Assembly (NCBI GenBank): GCA_948467545.1
Contig: CAOKER010000004.1
Location: forward strand, 175,952 to 239,951
Source: an uncultured Eubacteriales bacterium
GTDB taxonomy: Bacteria > Bacillota > Clostridia > Oscillospirales > CAG-272
DNA length: 64,000 nucleotides
Reading direction: 5' to 3'
Shown: one piece after another, positions 20,190 through 29,032 of the stretch
Layout of the letters: each line of letters starts with the position of its first letter
Position numbering within the stretch: position 1 is the first letter of the stretch
Notes under the pieces: generated by a model
Database searches by the model: none
What the model was told of the DNA's origin: nothing
The model's input: only the letters and a program-made list of their open reading frames with translations
Program-made: the position numbers and the translations under genes

Positions 20190-21566
20190 ATGGGATATCG
20201 TATCGAACATGATTCTATGGGAGAAGTAAAGGTTCCTGAAGATAGATACTGGGCAGCTCAAACGGAACGAAGCCGCGGAAATTTTAAAATAGGTATCGGA
20301 ACAGAGACGATGCCGAGAGAAATTACTCATGCTTTCGGAATACTGAAAAAAGCTGCTGCAATTGCAAATGCGGCCATAAAGCCTGAGAGAATGACTGAAG
20401 AGAAACTGACTGCAATCAGCGCGGCGTGCGACGAAGTAATTTCCGGAAAGCTCAACGAGCACTTTCCGCTTGTTGTCTGGCAGACAGGATCAGGCACACA
20501 GTCGAACATGAATGCCAATGAAGTAATTGCCAACCGCGGAAATGAAATTGCCGGGAAAAAGCTTCTGCATCCGAACGACGATATAAACATGAGTCAGTCC
20601 TCTAACGATACATTTCCTACAGCTATGCATATTTCCGCTGTCATAGCAATCGAGGATAAGCTTTTTCCGGCTCTCGACATGCTTATAAATACATTTAAAC
20701 GGCTTGAATCCGAAAATGATGACGTTGTAAAAAGCGGACGTACTCATCTTCAGGATGCCACACCGATTAAATTTTCTCAGGAGATCAGCGGATGGCGTAG
20801 TTCTCTTGAACGTGACAGAGAGCTTCTCGAGCTTGCGCTTCCCAAGCTCCATGAGCTTGCGCTCGGAGGTACTGCCGTCGGTACCGGGCTGAATGCCCCG
20901 TCCGGATTTGACAGGAAGGTTGCTAAGGCTGTTTCGGAAATAACAGGAAAACATTTTGTAACAGCGCCGAACAAATTTCACGCGCTTACTTCAAAGGATG
21001 AGCTGGTTTTTGCGCACGGAGCTCTTAAAGCACTTGCCGCAGATCTGATGAAAATCGCAAACGATGTTCGCTGGCTCGCATCGGGCCCGCGCGACGGACT
21101 CGGAGAAATCAGAATTCCCGAAAACGAGCCCGGTTCTTCAATTATGCCCGGAAAGGTAAATCCGACACAGTGCGAGGCGGTAACAATGATTGCCGTGCAG
21201 GTAATGGGAAATGACGTCGCCGTAGGTATGGCTGCTTCCCAGGGAAACTTTGAGCTGAATGTGTTTATGCCGGTGTGTATATATAACTTTCTTCAATCTG
21301 TGAGACTCCTTGCTGAGGTTATTGTTTCATTTAACAATAACTGCGCGGTCGGAATAACCGCAAACCGCGAAAAGATGCATCATAATCTTCATAATTCTCT
21401 CATGCTTGTAACCGCGCTCAATCCGTATATAGGATATGAAAATGCCGCAAAAACAGCAAAAAAAGCTTATAAGGAAAATATCTCTTTAAAGCAGGCTTGC
21501 GTCGAGCTCGGTTTTCTTACCGAAGAAAAATTCGATGAGGTATTTCATCCTGAAAAGATGGTTTGA
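20190..21566 (+). CDS. fumC: class II fumarate hydratase
   Basis: MGYRIEHDSMGEVKVPEDRYWAAQTERS N-terminus and GSSIMPGKVNPTQCEA signature loop. AAAGGAAAA lies upstream of the ATG at 20190; the listed ORF start at 20124 is rejected. Confidence 0.95.
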   Translation: MGYRIEHDSMGEVKVPEDRYWAAQTERSRGNFKIGIGTETMPREITHAFGILKKAAAIANAAIKPERMTEEKLTAISAACDEVISGKLNEHFPLVVWQTGSGTQSNMNANEVIANRGNEIAGKKLLHPNDDINMSQSSNDTFPTAMHISAVIAIEDKLFPALDMLINTFKRLESENDDVVKSGRTHLQDATPIKFSQEISGWRSSLERDRELLELALPKLHELALGGTAVGTGLNAPSGFDRKVAKAVSEITGKHFVTAPNKFHALTSKDELVFAHGALKALAADLMKIANDVRWLASGPRDGLGEIRIPENEPGSSIMPGKVNPTQCEAVTMIAVQVMGNDVAVGMAASQGNFELNVFMPVCIYNFLQSVRLLAEVIVSFNNNCAVGITANREKMHHNLHNSLMLVTALNPYIGYENAAKTAKKAYKENISLKQACVELGFLTEEKFDEVFHPEKMV

Positions 21567-21772
21567 CTTATATATTTTTATATTTAAAAAAATCCGCATG
21601 AGATGTTCGGCAAAATATATCTGTAAAAGTGCAAGAGAGTTTTGATAAAAAACACTTAATAATTTTTTAATTCTGATTTTTACTCTTACAAAACGTACAC
21701 TCATGCTGTACTGAAGCTTCGTCGCGAAATATGGTTGACTTGCTTCGCGGCGGGAAGGAATGGTTATAGAAT

Positions 21773-22567
21773 ATGGTTTACAGTTATTATCCGGGCTGTA
21801 CTCTGAAAACAAAGGCCAAAGACCTTGACAGATATGCCCGTTTATGTGCGGAAAAGCTTGGCGCTCCGCTTTGTGAGCTTGAGGAATGGCAATGCTGCGG
21901 AGGTGCCTTTACTACTGCGTCGGATGAAGTTGCAACCAAGCTTGCTTCTGTTCGCGCATTAGCGGCGGCTAAAGAAAAAGGAGGCATTCTTGTCACAGTC
22001 TGTTCCGCATGTCATAACGTCCTGAAGCAGACGAACAAGGCAATTCGGGAAAATTCCGAATTTGCATCAAAGGTAACAAACTATATGAAGCCGGAAAATC
22101 CGTATTCCGGAGAAACACGTGTTATTCACTTTCTTGAGCTTCTGAGAGACGAAATAGGCTTTGACAAGCTTGCGGAAGCTGTTACGAATCCTCTTACAGG
22201 AAGAAAGATTGCAGCATATTACGGATGTCTTTTGCTGCGCCCGTCATCCGCACTTGCGATGGACGATCCGGAAAATCCGACAATCATCGAGGATTTTATA
22301 AAGGCCCTCGGCGCCGAGCCGGTTATATATCCCATGCGCAACGAATGCTGCGGCGGATATATAACGCTTGAGGATAAGGCTTCCGCCGAAAAGAAAAGCA
22401 GCGCGGTTGTACGCAGCTGCGAGGAGTTCGGAGCAGATACGGTAATTACGGCATGTCCGCTATGTCTTTACAATCTGAAAAAAAATTCCGGAGCAGATAT
22501 TCCGATAGTGTATTTTACCGAGCTGCTTGCGGAAGCTCTCGGTATTAAGGACGGAGGGAACACATAA
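21773..22567 (+). CDS. hdrB: heterodisulfide reductase subunit B-like protein (two CCG domains)
   Basis: Two copies of the C..CCG..C..C cysteine-rich motif: YYPGC...WQCCGG...CSACHN and YYGC...NECCGG...CPLCLYN. Confidence 0.85.
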   Translation: MVYSYYPGCTLKTKAKDLDRYARLCAEKLGAPLCELEEWQCCGGAFTTASDEVATKLASVRALAAAKEKGGILVTVCSACHNVLKQTNKAIRENSEFASKVTNYMKPENPYSGETRVIHFLELLRDEIGFDKLAEAVTNPLTGRKIAAYYGCLLLRPSSALAMDDPENPTIIEDFIKALGAEPVIYPMRNECCGGYITLEDKASAEKKSSAVVRSCEEFGADTVITACPLCLYNLKKNSGADIPIVYFTELLAEALGIKDGGNT

Positions 22568-22956
22568 TGAAGGATAATAAAAAGCTTAAAGAGCAGATAC
22601 TTCGCTCAAGCGGAGTGAACGTACTTAAATGTATGAGATGCGGTAAATGCTCTGCAACATGTCCTTCGTATGACGAGATGGAGTATCATCCTCATCAATT
22701 CGTAAACATGATTGATAACGGCGAAATTGAACCGCTTCTGAAATCAAAATCTATTTATAAATGTCTTACATGTTTTGCCTGTGTCGAACGGTGTCCGAGA
22801 AATGTAAAGCCGGCATACCTTGTCGAAGCGGTCAGGCTCGCGGTAATTCGTGAAAAGGGAGAAAATCATCTACATCCTGACGATATTCCGGAGCTGCTGG
22901 ACGAGGATCTGCCTCAGCAGGCAATTGTAACAGCGTTTCGCAAATACGCAAAATAA
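22567..22956 (+). CDS. hdrC: heterodisulfide reductase subunit C-like 4Fe-4S dicluster protein
   Basis: CMRCGKCSATCP and CLTCFACVERCP motifs. The ATG overlaps the hdrB stop (TAATG). Confidence 0.85.
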   Translation: MKDNKKLKEQILRSSGVNVLKCMRCGKCSATCPSYDEMEYHPHQFVNMIDNGEIEPLLKSKSIYKCLTCFACVERCPRNVKPAYLVEAVRLAVIREKGENHLHPDDIPELLDEDLPQQAIVTAFRKYAK

Positions 22957-22982
22957 CAGAGTTTTTAAGGAATGGTCGAAAT

Positions 22983-24974
22983 ATGCAGAAAATTGGTGTA
23001 TTTGTTTGTCACTGCGGTACAAATATCGCGGCTACGGTAGATGTACAAAAGGTTGCACAAACATTGAAAAACGAACCCGGCGTTGTATTTTCCACCGACT
23101 ATCAGTACATGTGTTCTGAGTCGGGGCAGGACATTATAAAGAATGCCATTGCCGAATATAAACTGACCGGTGTTGTAATATGTTCCTGCTCTCCGCGTAT
23201 GCATGAGGCGACTTTCCGCCGCGCGGCAGAGAAAGCGGGACTTAACCCCTATATGGTTGAGATCGCCAATATACGCGAGCAGTGCTCGTGGATACACAAG
23301 GAGATGCAGACCGCGACCGAAAAGGCTGTAATTCTCGGTCGTGCTGCAATAGCCAAGGTTCATCTCAATGCTCCTCTTACGGCAGGAGAAAGCCCTGTAA
23401 CTAAAAGAGCTCTTGTAATCGGAGGAGGTATTGCCGGAATACAGACCGCTCTCGATATAGCAGATGCGGGCTTTAACGTCGATATTGTTGAAAAGAAGCC
23501 GACAATCGGCGGCAAGATGGCACAGATAGATAAAACGTTCCCGACGCTCGACTGTGCGGCGTGTATTCTTACGCCTAAAATGGTCGATTGTGCGCAGAAT
23601 GACAAGATAAATATATACGCTTACAGCGAGGTTGAGGACATAAGCGGATTTGTCGGTAATTTTTCTGTAAAAATCAGAAAAAAGGCACGCTATGTCGATG
23701 AAACAAAGTGCACGGGCTGCGGACTGTGTACCGAAAAATGTCCTCAGAAAAATGTTCCGAATGAATTCAATCTCGGCTTTGACAATCGTCGCGCAATATA
23801 TATTCCGTTTGCACAGGCAGTACCGAAAAAAGCAACTATTGATCCCGATTACTGTACGATGCTTAAAACGGGAAAATGCGGTGTTTGTTCTAAGCTGTGT
23901 ACAGCCGGAGCAATCGACTACAAGCAAAAGGATCAGATTATAGAGGAAAAATACGGAGCAATTATTGTTGCGACAGGCTTCGAGCCCATAAAGGTCGATA
24001 AATACGACGAATTTGCGTATTCACAGAGCAAGGACGTTGTTACGTCACTGGAGCTTGAACGCCTGATGAATGCGGCAGGTCCGACAAAGGGAACGCTTCT
24101 CCGTCCCTCCGACGGTACGCATCCTCATACAATTGTATTTGTGCAGTGCGTCGGTTCAAGGTGCGAAGATGAAAAAGGAAAGCCATACTGTTCAAAGGTA
24201 TGCTGCATGTATACCGCAAAGCATGCAATGCTGATAAGGGAGAAATATCCCGATACTGAGGTATATGTATTTTATATTGACGTACGTACTCCCGGAAAGA
24301 ACTTTGATGAGTTTTACCGCCGTGCGGTCGAGCAATACGGCGTTCACTATATAAAGGGAATGGTCGGAAAGGTAATGCCGCGTGCAGACGGAAAGCTTGA
24401 GGTACGCGCATCCGATTTGCTTCTCGGCAAACAACTTCATATCGATGCCGATATGGTTGTTTTGGCAGTCGCAATCGAGCCTGACAAAACGGCAAGACCT
24501 CTCGCTACCATGCTTACCGCAAGCATGGACACTAATGATTTCTTTACCGAAGCTCATCCAAAGCTTCGTCCGGTGGAAAGTCCTACAGCCGGGATATTCC
24601 TTTCAGGTATGTGCCAAGGGCCGAAGGATATTCCCGAAACTGTTGCGCAGGCAAGCGCTGCTGCGGCAAAGGCGATCGGACTGCTTTGCAAAGATAAGCT
24701 TACCTGTAATCCTTGTGTGGCGCACTCCGATGAAATGATGTGCAACGGATGCTCATTGTGCGCAAATGTCTGCCCTTACGGTGCTATAACATATGTGGAT
24801 AAAGAATTCCGTATGCCGAACAGAACCACCGCGATACGCAGAGTATCATCCGTCAATCCCGCTGTTTGCCAGGGCTGCGGAGCATGTACAGTTGCATGTC
24901 CTTCCGGAGCAATGGATTTGTCGGGATTCTCAAACAGACAGATTATGTCGGAGGTTGACGCGATATGCAAGTGA
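22983..24974 (+). CDS. hdrA: heterodisulfide reductase subunit A-like FAD/poly-FeS flavoprotein
   Basis: N-terminal VFVCHCGTNIA, dinucleotide fold ALVIGGGIAGIQTALDIADAG, internal CTGCGLCTEKCP, and C-terminal CNGCSLCANVCP / CQGCGACTVACP ferredoxin domain. The 663-aa length is typical of HdrA. Confidence 0.9.
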   Translation: MQKIGVFVCHCGTNIAATVDVQKVAQTLKNEPGVVFSTDYQYMCSESGQDIIKNAIAEYKLTGVVICSCSPRMHEATFRRAAEKAGLNPYMVEIANIREQCSWIHKEMQTATEKAVILGRAAIAKVHLNAPLTAGESPVTKRALVIGGGIAGIQTALDIADAGFNVDIVEKKPTIGGKMAQIDKTFPTLDCAACILTPKMVDCAQNDKINIYAYSEVEDISGFVGNFSVKIRKKARYVDETKCTGCGLCTEKCPQKNVPNEFNLGFDNRRAIYIPFAQAVPKKATIDPDYCTMLKTGKCGVCSKLCTAGAIDYKQKDQIIEEKYGAIIVATGFEPIKVDKYDEFAYSQSKDVVTSLELERLMNAAGPTKGTLLRPSDGTHPHTIVFVQCVGSRCEDEKGKPYCSKVCCMYTAKHAMLIREKYPDTEVYVFYIDVRTPGKNFDEFYRRAVEQYGVHYIKGMVGKVMPRADGKLEVRASDLLLGKQLHIDADMVVLAVAIEPDKTARPLATMLTASMDTNDFFTEAHPKLRPVESPTAGIFLSGMCQGPKDIPETVAQASAAAAKAIGLLCKDKLTCNPCVAHSDEMMCNGCSLCANVCPYGAITYVDKEFRMPNRTTAIRRVSSVNPAVCQGCGACTVACPSGAMDLSGFSNRQIMSEVDAICK

Positions 24975-25429
24975 ATAATACGACTGAAAATATAACCGAA
25001 AATACAAGCTTTAAGCCCTTGATAGTTGCATTTTGCTGTAACTGGTGCTCATATGCAGGCGCGGACCTCGCCGGAACAAACCGTCTTACCTATCCGGCGG
25101 ACGTTAAAATAATCCGTGTTCCGTGTTCCTGCCGCGTAAATCCCATGTTTATTCTCAGAGCATTTCAGAGAGGAGCTGACGGCGTAATTCTCTGCGGATG
25201 TCATCCCGGAGACTGCCATTATACTACAGGAAATTACTATGCAAGACGAAGAATGACGCTTCTGTTTTCAATGCTTGACTATTTCGGCATAGAAAAGGAA
25301 AGAACACGCGTTGAGTGGGTATCGGCTGCCGAAGGCGCGAAATTCGCTGCGACGATGAACGATTTTGCGGAAACCGTAACCCGTCTCGGCAGAAATAAGA
25401 GACTGGAGGATCTGAGATGCAGGAAGTAA
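24965..25429 (+). CDS. mvhD: MvhD/FlxD-like (methyl-viologen-reducing hydrogenase delta subunit family) protein
   Basis: IVAFCCNWCSYAGADLAG...IRVPCSCRVNP...GADGVILCGCHPGDCHY is the MvhD/FlpD signature. It overlaps the hdrA 3' end by 10 nt. Confidence 0.9.
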   Translation: MQVNNTTENITENTSFKPLIVAFCCNWCSYAGADLAGTNRLTYPADVKIIRVPCSCRVNPMFILRAFQRGADGVILCGCHPGDCHYTTGNYYARRRMTLLFSMLDYFGIEKERTRVEWVSAAEGAKFAATMNDFAETVTRLGRNKRLEDLRCRK

Positions 25430-26388
25430 TGATAAAAAAAGCCGCAGAGCTTCTTGAAAACGGAACCGTAAACCGCGTAATGGGATGGAAAGCGGGCGAG
25501 TTTATCTACGATGTAACCCCTGCTGTTTTTGAGACCGCGGAAGAGCTGAAAGACTTTGTATACGGAGATTTCTGCGCTCCGAATCTTTCCAAATACATGG
25601 TAGCCGAGTCTAAAAAGGACGGCAAGATACTTGTTTTTCTCAAGCCGTGCGACACATACAGTTTTAACGAACTTCTATGTGAGCACCGTATAAATCGCGA
25701 CGGTGTATACGTAGTCGGAATACCGTGCGACGGTAAAACAGATATAGAAAAAATAAAGGCTCTTGCGGGACCGGGAATTATAGATATAAAGCGTGAGGGC
25801 GATAATCTCAAGGTTCAAACCGCATATGGATCAAGCGAGCTTTCACGAGATGACGTAAAGCTCGACAGATGTCTTGTCTGTAAGAGTCATAAGCACGTGG
25901 CATACGACGAGCTTATAGGAGAAGACGGAGAAATCCGTGAATCCAAACGGTTCGACGAGGTTGAAAGGCTTGAACATATGACGCCTGAGGAAAGATTTTC
26001 CTTCTGGCGCGGCGAGCTTTCAAAATGTATAAGATGCAACGCATGCCGTAATGTATGTCCGGCGTGTACCTGCGAAAAATGTGTTTTTGACAATCCTGCT
26101 TCCGGTGTTGAAAACAAAGCCGCATCGACAAGCTTCGAGGAGAATATGTTCCATATAATCCGAGCTTTCCATGTTGCGGGACGGTGTACCGACTGCGGCG
26201 AATGTTCCCGCGTATGTCCTCAGCATATACCGCTGCATTTGCTTAACCGTAAATTCATCAAGGATATAAACGAGCTGTACGGCGAGTATCAAGCAGGCGC
26301 AGATCCCGAAAGTCGCTCCCCGGTTGTTGACTTTACTAAAAACGATGCGGAACCGGGAATCATATACGAAAGGGGAGGTAACGAATGA
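25417..26388 (+). CDS. FlxC-type 4Fe-4S dicluster protein
   Basis: CIRCNACRNVCPACTC and CTDCGECSRVCP motifs. GGAGGA lies 6 nt upstream, and the gene overlaps the mvhD 3' end. Its position between the mvhD-like and FlxB-like genes mirrors flxD-C-B-A. Confidence 0.7.
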   Translation: MQEVMIKKAAELLENGTVNRVMGWKAGEFIYDVTPAVFETAEELKDFVYGDFCAPNLSKYMVAESKKDGKILVFLKPCDTYSFNELLCEHRINRDGVYVVGIPCDGKTDIEKIKALAGPGIIDIKREGDNLKVQTAYGSSELSRDDVKLDRCLVCKSHKHVAYDELIGEDGEIRESKRFDEVERLEHMTPEERFSFWRGELSKCIRCNACRNVCPACTCEKCVFDNPASGVENKAASTSFEENMFHIIRAFHVAGRCTDCGECSRVCPQHIPLHLLNRKFIKDINELYGEYQAGADPESRSPVVDFTKNDAEPGIIYERGGNE

Positions 26389-27425
26389 CGTATAAGCTTT
26401 TTCTTGACAAACTCTATGACTTTTTCGATAAAATTGCAGGGAAAGAGATTCTGTATATTCCGTCGGATGATTCTGACGGTTCGGCTCGTTTTAAAAAATA
26501 TGAGACCGGCGTTACTCTTTCCGAGTCCGGCAACACAGTTCGTTCTGCCAAGGATTTTTTCTTTCCTCAAACAGAAAGTCTTGTGGACTTTAAGGTAGAC
26601 GGACAAAAGATAGAGGTAATCGATCCGCGAACCGAAACCGAGGATTTCGTAATATTCGGCGTAAGATCATGCGATGCGCGAAGCTTTAAAATTCTTGATA
26701 AGGTGTTTATCGATCAGGAGCCTGCCGATTCTTACTATCTTAACAGGCGCAGTCACGGAACAGTGATTACACTTGCCTGTACTGCACCGGTGGAAACATG
26801 CTTCTGTAAAACCTTCGGTATTGATCCTACTGAATCTGCCGACGGAGACATTACCGCATGGAAAACTTCAAACGCTCTGATGCTGAAGGCTGTGAGCGAA
26901 AAGGGAAGAGCTTTGCTCGAATCACTCGGAGAGATAATCGATAAGGCGGACAGTGAAGATGAAAAAGCAGTCGAAGCTCAGAAAAAGCAGACAAATGTTA
27001 TTTATGACAAGCTTCCGCTTCATAATTTAAGTACAGAAAAATTTGACGGCAGAAGCATGATGGATACTTTTTTTTCCGAAAAGTGGAAAGAGCTTTCTGA
27101 GGCTTGCCTCGGATGCGGAACATGCACTTTTGTCTGCCCGACATGCCAGTGCTATGATATAAAGGAATTTGATACCGGTCACGGAATTAAGCGTTTCAGA
27201 TGTTGGGATTCCTGCATGTATTCCGATTTTACAAAAATGGCGGGAGGACAGCCGAGGCTTACACAGCTCGAACGTTTCCGTCAGCGTTTTATGCATAAGC
27301 TTATTTACTTTCCGATGAATAACGACGGTGAATACGGATGTGTCGGATGCGGAAGATGCCTTGCAAAATGTCCGATTCATATGAATATAGTAAAGGTTAT
27401 GAAATCAATAGGGGAGGACGAATAA
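26385..27425 (+). CDS. FlxB-type iron-sulfur protein (AsrA / sulfhydrogenase beta-like)
   Basis: LGCGTCTFVCPTCQCYDI and CVGCGRCLAKCP motifs. ATGA overlap with the upstream gene. Confidence 0.7.
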   Translation: MTYKLFLDKLYDFFDKIAGKEILYIPSDDSDGSARFKKYETGVTLSESGNTVRSAKDFFFPQTESLVDFKVDGQKIEVIDPRTETEDFVIFGVRSCDARSFKILDKVFIDQEPADSYYLNRRSHGTVITLACTAPVETCFCKTFGIDPTESADGDITAWKTSNALMLKAVSEKGRALLESLGEIIDKADSEDEKAVEAQKKQTNVIYDKLPLHNLSTEKFDGRSMMDTFFSEKWKELSEACLGCGTCTFVCPTCQCYDIKEFDTGHGIKRFRCWDSCMYSDFTKMAGGQPRLTQLERFRQRFMHKLIYFPMNNDGEYGCVGCGRCLAKCPIHMNIVKVMKSIGEDE

Positions 27426-28252
27426 TGACAGAAGAAATGCTCATTCCCAAAATCGGCGTTGTCACAGACATCAGACAGGACACTCCGGATGTTAAAACCT
27501 TTCGGGTACTTACCCCTGATGGGACAAAGCCTTTTGATCACATGCCGGGACAATGTGCAATGGTGTCAATTCCCGGCGTAGGTGAAGCTATGTTTTCAAT
27601 AACCTCATCTCCGACAAATACCGAATTTATGGAGTTCAGCATAAAGAAATGCGGATGTCTCACGGAATGGCTGCATATGATTGAGCCGGGACAGCAGATT
27701 ACCGTGCGCGGACCGTACGGCAACGCATTTCCGGTAGAAAGTGATCTTCTCGGAAAAGATCTTGTATTTATAGCGGGAGGAATCGGTCTTGCTCCGCTTC
27801 GCTCAGTAATCAATTACGTACGTGATAACAGAAGCAGGTACGGCTCGGTTCAGATTATTTACGGTTCGAGATCCAAGGACGACCTTGTTGATTATCAGGA
27901 AATAATCGACGAATGGATGACAGCTCCCGATTTTGAGGTAGATCTTACAATTGACCGTGAACAATCCGGATGGGACGGTCACGTCGGCTTTGTACCGAAT
28001 TATGTAAAAGAACTGTCTCCGGACGTTTCAAAAACGGTTCTTATGTGCGGCCCTCCGATTATGATAAAGTTTTCGCTCGCTGCGCTAAAGGAGCTTGGAT
28101 TTAAAGATACTCAGATATATACGACAATGGAGCTCCGCATGAAATGCGGAATCGGCAAGTGCGGACGCTGCAACATCGGAAATAAGTACGTATGTAAGGA
28201 CGGACCGGTATTCCGCTTTGACGAGCTCGGTGAGCTTCCGGATGAGTATTAA
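27425..28252 (+). CDS. FlxA-type FAD/NAD(P)H-binding oxidoreductase with C-terminal 2Fe-2S (AsrB/HydG/PyrK-like)
   Basis: FNR-like fold (FIAGGIGLAPLRSV) and C-terminal MKCGIGKCGRCNIGNKYVCKDGPVF cluster motif. TAATG overlap with the upstream gene and GGGGAGG RBS. The listed start at 27338 is rejected. Confidence 0.8.
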   Translation: MTEEMLIPKIGVVTDIRQDTPDVKTFRVLTPDGTKPFDHMPGQCAMVSIPGVGEAMFSITSSPTNTEFMEFSIKKCGCLTEWLHMIEPGQQITVRGPYGNAFPVESDLLGKDLVFIAGGIGLAPLRSVINYVRDNRSRYGSVQIIYGSRSKDDLVDYQEIIDEWMTAPDFEVDLTIDREQSGWDGHVGFVPNYVKELSPDVSKTVLMCGPPIMIKFSLAALKELGFKDTQIYTTMELRMKCGIGKCGRCNIGNKYVCKDGPVFRFDELGELPDEY

Positions 28253-28330
28253 TTAATACCGAAGAAATCAAAACCGATTTATTTGGTTTAGAATCCGTGA
28301 GAAAGGAATAAACCCTGCCGGGCGCAGGGG

Positions 28331-29017
28331 ATGGAAATCAATATGGAAAATATGGTTAATATCTATTTGTTCGGTAAGAAATATTCGGTACCGGCAAGTC
28401 TCACAATTATGACCGCAATGGAATATGCCGGATACCAGCTTAAACGCGGATGCGGATGCCGCAACGGTTTTTGCGGTGCATGCGCTACAATCTACAGAAT
28501 TAAGGGCAAACAGGAGCTTCAGGTATGTCTTGCATGTCAGACTCAGGTTGAGGAAGGTATGTATATTGCGACGCTTCCTTTCTTCCCGCTTGTCAAACAG
28601 ATTTATGATATTGAGAAAATTAAACCCACAGAGCAGATAATGATGCAGCTTTATCCGGAGATATATGCCTGCATAGGATGTAATGCCTGCACCAAAAGCT
28701 GTACACAGGGACTCAATGTTATGCAGTATATTGCTTATGCGCAGCGCGGAGAATATGAAAAGTGTGCAGAAGAATCCTTTGACTGTGTAATGTGTGGAGT
28801 ATGCTCGTCCCGCTGTCCTGCCGGAATCTCGCATCCGCAGGTTGCGATGCTTGCGCGCAGGCTAAACGGAAAATATCTTGCTCCGAAATGCGGACATCTT
28901 GAAAACCGTGTAAAGGAAATCAAGGACGGTAGCTTCGAGGAGCTCCTGCAAAATCTGATGCAAAAGCCAATCGAAGAGATGAAAGAGCTTTATAATAACA
29001 GAGAAATAGAGAAATAA
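28331..29017 (+). CDS. SdhB/FrdB-like iron-sulfur subunit (2Fe-2S plus 4Fe-4S motifs), no CCG domain
   Basis: GCGCRNGFCGACAT (2Fe-2S-like), CIGCNACTKSC and CVMCGVCSSRCP. Start is ambiguous among ATGs at 28331, 28343 and 28352. Confidence 0.75.
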   Translation: MEINMENMVNIYLFGKKYSVPASLTIMTAMEYAGYQLKRGCGCRNGFCGACATIYRIKGKQELQVCLACQTQVEEGMYIATLPFFPLVKQIYDIEKIKPTEQIMMQLYPEIYACIGCNACTKSCTQGLNVMQYIAYAQRGEYEKCAEESFDCVMCGVCSSRCPAGISHPQVAMLARRLNGKYLAPKCGHLENRVKEIKDGSFEELLQNLMQKPIEEMKELYNNREIEK

Positions 29018-29032
29018 GGGAGGGTAGAATCA

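Noticed and set aside
22965-23927. A long antisense ORF (320 aa) opposite hdrA. Similar antisense or shadow ORFs occur at 20490-20981, 11354-12010, 8249-8773, 10290-10865, 55548-56090 and 56892-57464.
   Set aside because: They overlap strongly supported genes on the other strand, have Cys/Arg/Ser-rich low-complexity translations, and lack an RBS. They are typical shadow ORFs.
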